Positions 1 through 10,160 of a stretch of 64,000 bases of DNA are shown here, in pieces. Both the position numbers and the translations under genes were made by a program. Under the pieces are notes generated by a model. The model saw only the letters and a list, made by a program, of their open reading frames with translations. It was not told the origin of the DNA and searched no databases. Source of the DNA: a virus. The stretch covers positions 171,582 through 235,581 of the IMG/VR virus record IMGVR_UViG_3300045125_000071; one strand, 5' to 3'. Each line of letters opens with the position of its first letter. Within the stretch, counting starts at the first letter, position 1.

Positions 1-537
1 ATGAACAGAACAAATTATTTTAACATCAGTTTTTGTATTTACATATTTTGATAATGAATAATCGTAGGTATTACCATGAACACTAATTGCTTTATCTACA
101 AAATCTTGTGTTGTCAATTTCCCTGTTTTTCCACATTTTGGGCAACCATATCCATTTAGATGGTCGTTAGGTCGTTGGTTAAATTCCCCATGAATATGAC
201 ATAATATTGTGACTTTTGTTGTTGAATTAATTATAACACATTTTGAGTAATCATATTTATCACCATGAACTTTTTTAGCTTTTTCAATAAAAATATCAGA
301 GTATTTCGGTTTGATAGATTTTTTTACTATTTCTTTCTTAATTTTCTCTTTTACCTTTCTTTTACTTTTATTGTATTGTTTCAATTTTTCTTTTCTTTCT
401 GGTGATAGATTTTTATAATAATTTTTATCATATTCCAATCTCTGTTTTTTTATTTTCTCTATATTGTTTTTCTTGTACTCCCTGGCTCTTGCCTTATATC
501 TTTCTCTTTGTTCTTCCGTTAAGTCTAACCATTTCAT
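1..537 (-). CDS. Zinc-ribbon repeat (DUF723-like) protein, probable homing endonuclease; runs off the window edge
   Basis: Manual translation from ATG at 537 (MKWLDLTEEQ...) shows repeated KAKKVHGDKYDYS...CHIHGEFNQRPNDHLNGYGCPKC / KAISVHGNTYDYS units typical of phage endonuclease-associated zinc ribbons. Confidence 0.6.
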   Translation of the reverse strand, partial: MKWLDLTEEQRERYKARAREYKKNNIEKIKKQRLEYDKNYYKNLSPERKEKLKQYNKSKRKVKEKIKKEIVKKSIKPKYSDIFIEKAKKVHGDKYDYSKCVIINSTTKVTILCHIHGEFNQRPNDHLNGYGCPKCGKTGKLTTQDFVDKAISVHGNTYDYSLSKYVNTKTDVKIICSVH

Positions 538-608
538 ATTGCTATTTATCAATAAGTATTATCTCATAACCCAAAAATATAGTCCACAAAAAATTTTTTT
601 GGGATTAT

Positions 609-640
609 TTTGTTGTATCAAACTATTTTTGTTATATTTG
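609..640 (+). promoter_or_regulatory. Bacteroidota housekeeping-sigma promoter (-33 TTTG / -7 TAnnTTTG)
   Basis: TTTG 609-612, 20-nt spacer, TATATTTG 633-640, just upstream of ATG 656. Confidence 0.7.
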
Positions 641-655
641 CATAAACAACACGCA

Positions 656-877
656 ATGTATAATATTAAAAGAGAATGTTGGAATGAAAAAACATATAAT
701 GGATATGTTGATGCCCCATATTGGCGTATTACCTTTTCATACTATATAATTGGATTAAAAGACAATGGAGAGTTTTGGGCTATTAATGGAAAAGGTATTG
801 ATGTGAACACGCATTATGTTAAGGATATGCTAAACAGAATTATTACAGAATGTAATTTGAATATAACACTTTCTTAA
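656..877 (+). CDS. hypothetical protein (start revised to MYNIKRE)
   Basis: ORF track 464..877; ATG 656 follows the promoter and an A-rich leader. Confidence 0.6.
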   Translation: MYNIKRECWNEKTYNGYVDAPYWRITFSYYIIGLKDNGEFWAINGKGIDVNTHYVKDMLNRIITECNLNITLS

Positions 878-889
878 AAACAAAACACG

Positions 890-1123
890 ATGGTAAAACT
901 TGCACAAAGAACTATCTGTCCCAATGGACATGACATATCTATTGGACTAACTGGTAACATTGGTTACGTTTCAATCACAGATACTAATTTATATCCAGAT
1001 GATGATAGTAGAAGTGAGAGAAGGGATTTAAATTATCATATAATGATGATACCCTTATTGACCAGGAAAGACTTGATAGCTTTAAGAACTGCGATTGATG
1101 AAGTTTTAGAAAATTCAAAATAA
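890..1123 (+). CDS. hypothetical protein
   Basis: ORF with A-rich leader, tightly packed in operon. Confidence 0.6.
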   Translation: MVKLAQRTICPNGHDISIGLTGNIGYVSITDTNLYPDDDSRSERRDLNYHIMMIPLLTRKDLIALRTAIDEVLENSK

Positions 1124-1194
1124 TATATCACCATATTTTTGATAAAGTATAACAATTTTTTTCTTATATTTGTAAAACTAAAACAATAACAATC

Positions 1195-1598
1195 ATGGCT
1201 AATCCGTTAGTACATTCAAAGAGTTCAGTTAAACGCTGGGGTGGGCAAATATCCGATTACCTTCCGCTTCACGAGCTTATTGATTCACCAAAAGCTACGA
1301 TGAACAACAATTCGGTAAGATTGCTTACGCATAACACATGGTTTGCGTATCACATCATGCCCAAGATTTTCGGCTACAACATCACCAATTCGGATGGCAA
1401 GTCCGTTGATGTGGTGGACATCGCCATGTTGCATATTGCCGAGGATTTTCGTATGAAATTCGTTCCAACCCCCAGGATTATTTGCAGCACCTACAAGTTC
1501 AGCCGTGGATGAACAATGGGGTAAAAGTATTAGAGAGTGAAGAAGCACAAAACATTGTTAAACAATTAAATGATAAATTACATGAGCAAGAAAACTAA
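1195..1598 (+). CDS. DUF6915-like protein (apparent frameshift near 1470)
   Basis: MANPLVHSKSSVKRWGG..DYLPLHELIDSPK..RLLTHNTWF..HIAEDF motifs; other frame continues QPWMNNGVK to TAA 1598; TATATTTG at 1165-1172. Confidence 0.6.
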
Positions 1599-2253
1599 AA
1601 CAATCGAGTTCAGAATTGAAACGGAAGAACAAGCCATCCAAGAATGGAAGAAGTTAGGTATTACATCATGCGAAATGCAATTCAGTTGCGGTGGCGACAG
1701 CATGAACGACTATTCCTTTGAATTTTTCAAAAATGGTGTTGGTGTCATTGAAAGCAAAGAGTTGGATAATTTTTTCGACAACGAAGTTTTCAAAAGGGTG
1801 GAGTTTTATGAGGCTTCTGATGGACATTACATCGGTGAGGCTGGTTCGGTTGAAATCACGTTGGTAGAAGAAGATGATGAAGAACCTTTCTTAAATTATT
1901 CCAAATCATCACAATCCGAATGGAACGAAAGTTTCACAGAAACGATTGATGTGGAATTGACAGAAGAAGAAACCAATTTTCTGAATAGCAAGGTTCGGAG
2001 GGTTTCTGCTGATGAAAGTAACGAACCTTTTTATATCTACAAAAAGGACTGCATATTGTCCAAACGTGAAATGGAAATAAGAAATAAATTGGGTAGAAGA
2101 TTGGATGAAATTGCCCAAGACCATGACATCGAAACCGCAGTAGGTGATAAGCAAGAGTATTACCAATGGGAAATCAATACCGATGATACAGAGGTAAACA
2201 AATTGCGTGTTTCAAGGTCATACGTTGTTTACAAGGATGATGACACTTTTTAA
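1582..2253 (+). CDS. acidic DUF6878-like protein
   Basis: FSCGGDS motif, very acidic, adjacent to DUF6915-like gene. Confidence 0.45.
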   Translation: MSKKTKTIEFRIETEEQAIQEWKKLGITSCEMQFSCGGDSMNDYSFEFFKNGVGVIESKELDNFFDNEVFKRVEFYEASDGHYIGEAGSVEITLVEEDDEEPFLNYSKSSQSEWNESFTETIDVELTEEETNFLNSKVRRVSADESNEPFYIYKKDCILSKREMEIRNKLGRRLDEIAQDHDIETAVGDKQEYYQWEINTDDTEVNKLRVSRSYVVYKDDDTF

Positions 2254-2273
2254 TTCAAATAAAAACAAACAGA

Positions 2274-2960
2274 ATGGAAATTATTATTGACAACGCATCG
2301 TTTCCGTATGACATTGGTTGCCGTCTTATCAAGACGAAATACTCCGAATGTCCATTTGATGAACTCAAAGAAGTATGGGATGATATTCAACCCATAACAT
2401 TCAAGGAAATCACAAAGCATTTGGATAACATCGAGAAAAGAAGGGTCGCCATAAATTGTTTGGGCATCAACCGACTTGTGAAGGAAGTTGAACCGAAACT
2501 GCTGGACACCCAGACAATCAAGAAAACAACGGCATGGGTGAATGACGATGGCAAGTTGGAAGCGTTCAATTTTGAGGACACCTACGAACTTTACCAAGTC
2601 GAAGCCAAAAAATTGGGTCTTGAAACAACCCAAGAGAGTAGGAACTATTTTCACTATGTCCGATGCAAGGACACATCAACGGACAGGGAATATCTTTTGT
2701 GGGTGGATGCCATAGACGTTTACAGGCATAACAACAATTCACACGGATGGGTTTCAAGTAATGTGAACTATGGAACGAAAATAAACGCCATCCAAGCCAT
2801 CGCATGGACAATCCAAACGGACATCAAAGAGGGTGGTATTGAGAAGATTGTTCGGCAGGGAGATTGCATCCTTATCAAAGAGAAAAGGAAGGTTGAAAGG
2901 GGGTCGGAAAGGCATCTGACAGAGGAAGAATACAGGGAACTGCTGGTTGCTGAAAGTTGA
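2274..2960 (+). CDS. DUF6745-like protein
   Basis: NIEKRRVAI, CKDTSTDREYLLWV, AIAWT and RQGD motifs. Confidence 0.45.
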   Translation: MEIIIDNASFPYDIGCRLIKTKYSECPFDELKEVWDDIQPITFKEITKHLDNIEKRRVAINCLGINRLVKEVEPKLLDTQTIKKTTAWVNDDGKLEAFNFEDTYELYQVEAKKLGLETTQESRNYFHYVRCKDTSTDREYLLWVDAIDVYRHNNNSHGWVSSNVNYGTKINAIQAIAWTIQTDIKEGGIEKIVRQGDCILIKEKRKVERGSERHLTEEEYRELLVAES

Positions 2961-2980
2961 TGTTGTTGTGTGTTTTGTTT

Positions 2981-3009
2981 ATCCCCATCCGAAAGGGTGG
3001 GGATTTTTT
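2981..3009 (+). terminator. Rho-independent terminator
   Basis: ATCCCCATCC-GAAA-GGGTGGGGAT followed by T-run. Confidence 0.85.
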
Positions 3010-3043
3010 GTCCTTCAGGTTTCTCCTGGCTAATTAGCGGCTG

Positions 3044-3086
3044 GATTTTGTCTAGTTTTGTGTGTGATATAAAACTAAACAAAATC
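3044..3086. repeat. 16-bp inverted-repeat element, copy 1
   Basis: GATTTTGTCTAGTTTT-N11-AAAACTAAACAAAATC (one mismatch). Confidence 0.9.
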
Positions 3087-3126
3087 TTTCCAGGTTGGTT
3101 GGCTAATTCTTCAGATAAAAAAAATT

Positions 3127-3157
3127 TTTGGTTATGTAAATAAAAGTTGTATATTTG
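3127..3157 (+). promoter_or_regulatory. Bacteroidota-type promoter
   Basis: TTTG-N19-TATATTTG. Confidence 0.75.
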
Positions 3158-3178
3158 CTGAAACAAAAACCAAACACA

Positions 3179-3694
3179 ATGAAAATCGAATTAAAAAACG
3201 TCAAGTTCTCCGAGTTCGCATCCGAGGAAACCAACTGCTTCGCTGCCGACCTTTATGTGGATGGTAAGAAGGTTGGATTCTGCAAGAATGATGGTCATGG
3301 TGGTAACACCTGGGTTTACAATTCCGATGCAAATACGCTGACCAAATTCCGTGAGGTTGAAGAATATTGCAAGACGCTTCCGCCAATTGAATTCGGTGAT
3401 TTTTCAATTCCATCCAATTTGGAAAATGTTGTCGATGGTTTGTTCGAAGAGTGGTTGAAAGAGAAAGACAAAAAACGGATGCAAAAGAAGTTGGAGAAGT
3501 CCATGCTCAAAGGCATCTGCATTGAAACCGAGAATGGTTTCACGTTGGCAACATTCAAGATGGTTGGCAAGGTTGTCCCATTGGCTGATGCGTTAAAGGT
3601 TCAGCCAGTCCTCGAACACATCAAACAATTCTGTATTACAGAGAAGCAAAAAGGGAATAAAATTCTGAATACAAATTTGCCTTTTGAAATATAA
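3179..3694 (+). CDS. conserved phage hypothetical protein
   Basis: SEETNCFAADLYVDGKKVG..NDGHGG motif; start revised to MKIELK. Confidence 0.6.
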   Translation: MKIELKNVKFSEFASEETNCFAADLYVDGKKVGFCKNDGHGGNTWVYNSDANTLTKFREVEEYCKTLPPIEFGDFSIPSNLENVVDGLFEEWLKEKDKKRMQKKLEKSMLKGICIETENGFTLATFKMVGKVVPLADALKVQPVLEHIKQFCITEKQKGNKILNTNLPFEI

Positions 3695-3723
3695 TTGTAT
3701 TACCTTTACATAAACAATACACT

Positions 3724-4585
3724 ATGTCATTGAAAGATGCTTTTACAACGGAATTAATTCGCGAACTCAGGAACAGGGGTGTAATCAACATCCTGTGGAC
3801 GAATGAAGATATTATCGAAACGGCAAAAAATCTTGAAGTCGAATTGACGGATGAAGAGATTGATGATGTTACCACATTGATGGAAGAAAAACATGATGCC
3901 AATTATGGTGTCAACTGGTCATTCATTGAGGAATGTATTTGGCAAGTTATTGATAACCGAAAAAAATCAAAAACATGAGCAAAAAAACATACGAAGTTTC
4001 TTTTGCAACTCTCCGTTCAGGCAGAGAATCCGCTTGAGGCAGCGAAAGAGGCCAATAGATTAGCCTTCAATGAAGGTGACACATTCATCTACGATGTTGA
4101 AGACGAAGAGACGGGCGAGAAGTTCACCGTAGATTTGTCCGAAAACGATGAGGATGCAGTTTTACCCAACAACGATTAAATTTCATATGAAAACAAAAAT
4201 CGTAACAACACAAGCAATTCGTGAAACCGCATACGACATCGCGGAAGAAATGACTGAAATGTTGGGAACGGAATTCACGGTCACCCTTGTCGAGGGTATG
4301 CCACTTGGTGACTATTACCGCATCGAAGGAGAGATAACTGCGGAACAGTTCGAGGAAATGCCTGACATCGAGAACGAATGGCTTTTCGAGAACCCGACCA
4401 ACGAATGGGTGTCGAAGTTCGGGAAACTTAGCGATACCGAATATTCCAAGACAATCAAGGATACTGTTTTCTACTACAACACCTATTTGTTTGGTGGGAG
4501 TCATTATCAGATACTAGTAAGTGGTGAAATGGGTGGCAAGTACGATGTGGAAGAACCCGAAGATATTGCGAGAATATCAAGATAA
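3724..4585 (+). other. three small acidic hypothetical ORFs (3724-3978, ~3975-4180 frameshifted, 4187-4585)
   Basis: ORF track plus manual reading; tight packing. Confidence 0.55.
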
Positions 4586-4607
4586 TTTGTGTTTTGTGTT
4601 TTGTGCT

Positions 4608-4636
4608 CCCCCGCTGTTTTTACGGCGGGGGTTTTT
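4608..4636 (+). terminator. Rho-independent terminator
   Basis: CCCCCGCTGT-TTTT-ACGGCGGGGG followed by T-run. Confidence 0.85.
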
Positions 4637-4670
4637 GTTCCCGCTGTACGCCCGCCGAGCCAACTGTTCG

Positions 4671-4717
4671 GATTTTGTCTAGTTTTAAAATCGCGTATGA
4701 CAAAACTAGACAAAATC
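4671..4717. repeat. 16-bp inverted-repeat element, copy 2
   Basis: GATTTTGTCTAGTTTT-AAAATCGCGTATGAC-AAAACTAGACAAAATC. Confidence 0.95.
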
Positions 4718-4745
4718 TTTTCAGGGACACCAGGCCCAAAAATTT

Positions 4746-4777
4746 TTTGGTATATCAGAAATAATGTATTACCTTTG
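4746..4777 (+). promoter_or_regulatory. Bacteroidota-type promoter
   Basis: TTTG-N20-TACCTTTG upstream of ATG 4798. Confidence 0.75.
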
Positions 4778-4797
4778 TGTTCTAAAACACACACATC

Positions 4798-5407
4798 ATG
4801 CAAGACGAAAAAACAGTTGAAATCGTTAATCAGATTACCAATTATGTGAATACCTTTTCCAGAAGGGATGATTTCAATAAGGTAATGTCCACGGAACATC
4901 GCACTCTGCAACAATCTTTCACACGTTTGTGCCTGAAATGGTTGGAACACGTTGCTCAAGATGAATATAAGACAGACCCACGGAATGAAGCCAGCAAGAG
5001 TACTGCAAAAGAATTGATATCAAAGTTCAGAGAAGAGAAAGGATTTTTACCGTCAGAATTTTTACCTTTGTGTAAAAAATATTTGGTGAACAAAAAATAA
5101 CTTTATACTTTTACATTCTAAAACATACACAATGACAAATTTGGAAAATTACGATTTTGAAATGTTTTCCCCTGCTGGGAACAAAGCCTGTCAAAGTCTT
5201 GTAAAGAAGGTATTCAGGAAGATTGAAGGCAAGACAAGGCTTACCGAAGATGATGTCTATAAACACATCAGAGAAGGTATTAAGAAGGTTAAGGAAAAAC
5301 ATTCTGAAGTGTATGACAGCGAACCAGGTTGGCACATCCAAGAATGGGTGAATAAGAAACTGAAAGAGGTTGGCTATGGCTTCGAGGTATCAAGGTACGA
5401 TTTCTAA
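4798..5407 (+). other. two small hypothetical ORFs (4798-5100, 5132-5407)
   Basis: ORF track; A-rich leaders. Confidence 0.55.
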
Positions 5408-5431
5408 TAAACAAAACAAAAACCTACAACT

Positions 5432-6004
5432 ATGGGATTGGATATGTATCTGAACAAGCGCACCTACGTTAAGAACTGGTCGCACATGGATAAGAGTGAA
5501 TTGCACACGGTGACCATCAAAATGGGTGGTAAGAAAAGGGCTGACATTAAGCCCGAACGCGTGTCTTACATTATCGAGGAGGTCGCCTATTGGCGCAAAT
5601 TCAACGCTCTGCATGGGTGGTTTGTCACCAATGTTGCCGATGGTGTTGACGACTGCAAGGAGGTCTATGTTTCTCATGAAAATTTGATGGAGTTACATGA
5701 GACCCTTCTGAAAGTTCAGGAAATCCTGAACGCTGCGCCCACCGTACAAAGGGAGGTCTCAAACGGGTGGCAAACGGATGGAAATGGCGGGATAAAGGAA
5801 ACCACGGCTATGATACTTGTTTACGATTGTGAGGAAGAAATCAATGAGGTGTTACCGCCGACCCCAGGTTTTTTCTTTGGAAGCCAAGAAATCGATGGAT
5901 GGTTCAAACAGAATGTTGACGAAACGGTTACCGTAATCGGTGACATTCTGAAAGAAATCGAATTCGGTTATTCATCAGATTATTATTACGAGGCATCGTG
6001 GTAA
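5432..6004 (+). CDS. conserved phage hypothetical protein (MGLDMYL...YWRKxNAxHxWF family)
   Basis: MGLDMYL N-terminus, EVAYWRKFNALHGWFV, GFFFGS, YYEASW C-terminus. Confidence 0.7.
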   Translation: MGLDMYLNKRTYVKNWSHMDKSELHTVTIKMGGKKRADIKPERVSYIIEEVAYWRKFNALHGWFVTNVADGVDDCKEVYVSHENLMELHETLLKVQEILNAAPTVQREVSNGWQTDGNGGIKETTAMILVYDCEEEINEVLPPTPGFFFGSQEIDGWFKQNVDETVTVIGDILKEIEFGYSSDYYYEASW

Positions 6005-6006
6005 AC

Positions 6007-6032
6007 GGTGGGGAGCAATCCCCACCTTTTTT
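6007..6032 (+). terminator. Rho-independent terminator
   Basis: GGTGGGGA-GCAA-TCCCCACC followed by T-run. Confidence 0.85.
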
Positions 6033-6054
6033 CATTTCATAAAACTTAAAACAC

Positions 6055-8324
6055 ATGAAAACATTGAACGAACTGAAAGAACAATTGCAAGAGGATATTA
6101 TCACCTATCTTGATGACATCGTGGCTGAAGATGAGGTAACCGAATTGTGTCAAAAAGTGGTAAACAGGGTTAACGAACTAAAACATAATATTCAAACAGA
6201 ATACAGAGTATATTGTATTGACATGGATGATGATGAATTATATGCCGAAGATTTCGACGGTGTATGGGATTTGTCAGACGAAAAATTCATTGAACACGCT
6301 GAAAGGCAAGGTCTTGTATGGTCTCTGGAAGGTTTCCAAGAAGCGTTCAATCAGGACGGTGTATCCGATACATGGATTATGCGTATTATCAAACATTCAT
6401 AAATTCAAACAAATATGGCCAAAAGATACCAGGTCATTTCGCCAGACGGGTTCACCATCGAATTCGATGTGTGGGCATATCCATCAAAGAAAAAGGCAAA
6501 AGAGGCTTTTGAGAAGTGGAAGGAAAGATATACCAGACAAGGATATTATTCATCCGTGAAGTATGGTAGAATTCCTTTAGCCGAATTGGAAAATTATTGT
6601 CAAATTGGATAAAATTAAAACAAAATGAAACTTCGTAACTACATCCTGACTCTGGACGCAAAAGTTCAAAACCTTTACAAGAATACGATTGAGACAATGC
6701 ATATGCAAGCATATAATTTGCGTGATGCAAAGGTGAAATCTTCAAGAATTGCACGTGATTACAACATGAAAGTTGTAAGTGTAAAACTGAACAGAGCGAT
6801 TCATTTTTAAATTATAAACACAATGAAAAAGATTCTTGAAAAAATCAGAAAAGCTTACGAGAAACACGGACAGGCTGCGGCTTTCGATGTCGCCAACGAA
6901 CATGGGTTGAAGTACGAGTACTGTTGGACTTGTGAAACGTCAAGCCCCGCTGTTGACCATCAATGTGCTATCTGTGGATGCGACACAACAACGCGTATGA
7001 CACATACCGAGTTTTTCGAAAGAACGGATTACATTACTCTGGGACAGCAGAAGCTAACGCTGTTGGCTATTCTGGATAAAGGTGGATTGCACTCAACCCA
7101 GGTCGAAGACATTGAAGGATTAATAAATTTCATCGACAGCTTTCAAGACACAGCCATTGATAATGGTATGAAAGAAGAAGATGTTTTTATAAATTAAATT
7201 TGCGTAATTGATATAAACGTATTACCTTTATACCAAAATTCAGAAACATGGCACTCAAAAAACACATTCCAACAATCGAAGACAGAATCCAAGAAAGGAA
7301 AGATGTTCATGCAATGTTGAAGACATCGATGAAAGAAGTAAAAAGTCTTATCAATTGCCTGGATAAAATCGACGAGCAAATAAAAAAATTGGAAAAAAGA
7401 AAACGAAAAAAAGAAAGTGTGAACCAAAGTTCAAAAAGATTGTTCTAAATAAGTAACCAACAAAAACCAGATAAAATGAAAGTACAAGTAGTTTGCAAAG
7501 TTCCGAGCGGACATCAGCCAAAACCAGTCAAAATTCTTTGCGGTGGCTGCAAGAAAAACCCCGATGGTTCGTTTTCATTTGAAATGGAATTCGATACCAA
7601 GGTTGATGCAACCCAATGGTTGTATGATAGGGCATATGAAATCGCAAAAGATGATAAGGAACTCAAGCGGCTCAATTCGCAAATCAGGGTTCACAAGAAA
7701 CTGAGCTATGATGTTGCGACAGCAAAAATCATGCGTGTCAAAAACTAATCATGTCAAAAAGAGTTATCAAGTACGAAGTAATCGTCTGTGGTGAGGTCAT
7801 CAAGGTCGAAAACCTAAAAGAGGCTGAGGACAGGTTGAAGAGGCACGAACTATCGGACTTCGCACCATCCTACATCCTCCGAAAGGAGTTCTCCCAGAAA
7901 GGGAATTTGCTGGATGTGATAATGGTGGGTTAACTCATTGCGGATGGGTTCATGAGGACAAGGAGATGCCGAAAGGTGTCTCCTTTTTTATGAAATTATT
8001 ATCAAATATTTTGTTAATGTGGAAAAGATTATATATTTTTGCACGTACAATACACAATATGTTGATATTTTTGCACAAGTAAATCAAATCAAAATGAGTA
8101 AAGCCGAAACCGTAAACCTAACAGACAAGTTGAACAGAAAACACATACGACTTGTCCTGTCCGATGACGGAAAGGGCGTATGGGAACGATGGGAGTCAAA
8201 GGACAAACATAAGTGGGTTAAAACCCATGAATCTCTTTCTGTTCAAAATGTTATCAAGGAACAGGAGGAAGTTAAAACCCGAAACTATTTCAATCTATTC
8301 AGAATAATCTTTTCCAAACGATAG
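6055..8324 (+). other. run of small hypothetical early ORFs (6055-6402, 6415-6612, 6625-6810, 6823-7197, 7248-7448, 7476-7748, 7751-7933, ~8094-8324)
   Basis: ORF track; contiguous co-oriented ORFs with A-rich leaders; terminator at 7961-7989. Confidence 0.6.
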
Positions 8325-8358
8325 TTCTGTGAGATAGCTATTGTTGGTTTTAGTTCGA

Positions 8359-8387
8359 AAGCCCCGCAGTTTTGTGGGGCTTTTTTA
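8359..8387 (+). terminator. Rho-independent terminator
   Basis: AAGCCCCGCA-GTTT-TGTGGGGCTT followed by T-run. Confidence 0.85.
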
Positions 8388-8420
8388 TTTGTTCGAGAGT
8401 CGTCCTGGTTAACAGCTCCA

Positions 8421-8462
8421 GATTTTGTCTAGTTTTGGAACGATTTAAAACTAGACAAAATC
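8421..8462. repeat. 16-bp inverted-repeat element, copy 3
   Basis: GATTTTGTCTAGTTTT-N10-AAAACTAGACAAAATC. Confidence 0.95.
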
Positions 8463-8530
8463 CATCCAGGGAAAAAATTTTGCATATCAAAGTATTATTT
8501 GTATATTTGTGTAAACAAAACATATCACAT

Positions 8531-9291
8531 ATGAAGTTTAAATCAATTGCGGAAGCCAAGAGACAAACGGGCTTATCTTACCTGGGCAATGTTAACCACA
8601 GCGCAAAGCATGAAAAGAACGCGAAGTACAATGAGCTTGTATATGCATTATATCTGGCTCCAGCTAAGCTGTCTGGTTACAATGTTTGTCCAAAGTCGAA
8701 CGCCGAATGTCGGTTATTATGTCTGAATGAAAGCGGACAAAATAAGATGGACAAGGGGAATATCAATAATGCCCGAATCAAAAAAACAAAACTGTTTTTC
8801 GAGGACAGACAGTTTTTCATGGAATGGCTGGTGGCTGAAATCAAACGCTACAAAACCAAAGCCAAAACGATGGGGTATCATTTCAGCATTCAGATTGAAT
8901 AATACGTCGGATATCAGTCCCGAACAATTTCATATGGAAATCGATGGGGAACGGAAAAATATACTACAGCTGTTTCCCAGATGTACAGTTTTACGATTAT
9001 ACCAAAGTGGACAATCGAATTGACATTGTCAACAAACATACCAACTATGACCTTACCTTCTCGTATGACGGGTACAATTGGGAGGTCTGTGAAAAGATGC
9101 TGAAGAACAATGTTCGGGTGGCGGTTGTCTTCGCAAAGCAACTTCCTGAACAATGGCGGGGACATAACGTCATCAGCGGGGACGACTACGATGTGCGCTT
9201 CCGTGACGACAGGAACGTCATTGTCGGCCTGAAGTTCAAGCAGGTACGGAACAAGTATACCAAGGACATGAAGTTCGTGGTGCAGGACTAA
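8531..9291 (+). CDS. GP88-like phage protein (radical-SAM-related), frameshifted
   Basis: LYLAPA..CPKSNAECRLLCL, RLNNTSDI, QFYDYTK, YDLTFS, GDDYDVRFRD, IVGLKFK across ORF pieces; promoter TTTG-N19-TATATTTG at 8479-8509. Confidence 0.7.
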
Positions 9292-9311
9292 CGGTTCAGG
9301 GATAATGGTCC

Positions 9312-9342
9312 ATCCCCCAGGAAAAACCTGGGGGATTTTTTT
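9312..9342 (+). terminator. Rho-independent terminator
   Basis: ATCCCCCAGG-AAAAA-CCTGGGGGAT followed by T-run. Confidence 0.85.
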
Positions 9343-9358
9343 ATCTCAGCACGAGCAA

Positions 9359-9405
9359 GATTTTGTCTAGTTTTAAAACCGCGTATGACAAAACTAGACA
9401 AAATC
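9359..9405. repeat. 16-bp inverted-repeat element, copy 4
   Basis: GATTTTGTCTAGTTTT-AAAACCGCGTATGAC-AAAACTAGACAAAATC. Confidence 0.95.
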
Positions 9406-9447
9406 CAATCTGGTGCCAGCAGGTCATAAAAAATTGTTAAAAAAATA

Positions 9448-9562
9448 TTTGTTAAAAGGTATTAATGTTTTAGCTTTGTGTTTGAATATGTCAAATTTGA
9501 CATCTTTGAAATCAGAACAAAAACATTATGTTTTGTTTATGTTGGTTCTCGTGTTATATTTG
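9448..9562 (+). promoter_or_regulatory. two tandem Bacteroidota-type promoters
   Basis: TTTG-N19-TAGCTTTG (9448-9478) and TTTG-N19-TATATTTG (9532-9562). Confidence 0.65.
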
Positions 9563-9576
9563 TATGTGTGGGGTAT

Positions 9577-10146
9577 ATGGAGAGTCGTATTTTAATTACA
9601 GGTGATTCCAAATCACTGCGCAATCTGGCTGGGGACTTCGGCAACTTGTACGATGACCCTGAAAGGTTATTCATGTCTTCCATGGTTGGGATAGCAGCTG
9701 ACGGTTGTTCGAATCTGGTGCATTTTGGTAGTCCATATGATGAAGTTGTTGATTCATTTGACTACTCTTATTTTGCTGGTGAAATCAAAGCGTCCTTTAC
9801 TTCTGATTATCCCTGCAAAGAATTCTTCATTAAGCTTTCAAGGAAGTACGGTGTATCTATCCGTGTGGTATACATCGATTTTGGGTTACCATATAATTCA
9901 GGTTCTTATACTATAGTTGATGGTAGATTATGGGTACCAATAACGTATGAAACGGCGTATGAATGTCTGTACCAGAACTTTACAAAAGAATTCTGGACCT
10001 ATTTAAAACACGGGACACATTTGAAACATCTTAAACCAAGCGAATCAATTGACCAATTCATCGACAGGTTTTTTGGTTACGTATTACACCAGGACCTAGA
10101 AGAGATTCGCAGGTTGCACCAGGAAATAGTAACGAGCATTTCTTAA
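9577..10146 (+). CDS. hypothetical protein, weak resemblance to DUF1281/YubB ferredoxin-like family
   Basis: ORF track; start revised to MESRILITGD; FTS..P..FFIKLSRKY pattern. Confidence 0.4.
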   Translation: MESRILITGDSKSLRNLAGDFGNLYDDPERLFMSSMVGIAADGCSNLVHFGSPYDEVVDSFDYSYFAGEIKASFTSDYPCKEFFIKLSRKYGVSIRVVYIDFGLPYNSGSYTIVDGRLWVPITYETAYECLYQNFTKEFWTYLKHGTHLKHLKPSESIDQFIDRFFGYVLHQDLEEIRRLHQEIVTSIS

Positions 10147-10160
10147 AAAAACAAACAAAA

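Noticed and set aside
3044..9405. CRISPR array or IS/MITE ends
   Set aside because: Copies are 0.9-3.7 kb apart with genes between them; no regular spacers, cas genes, transposase or target duplications seen.
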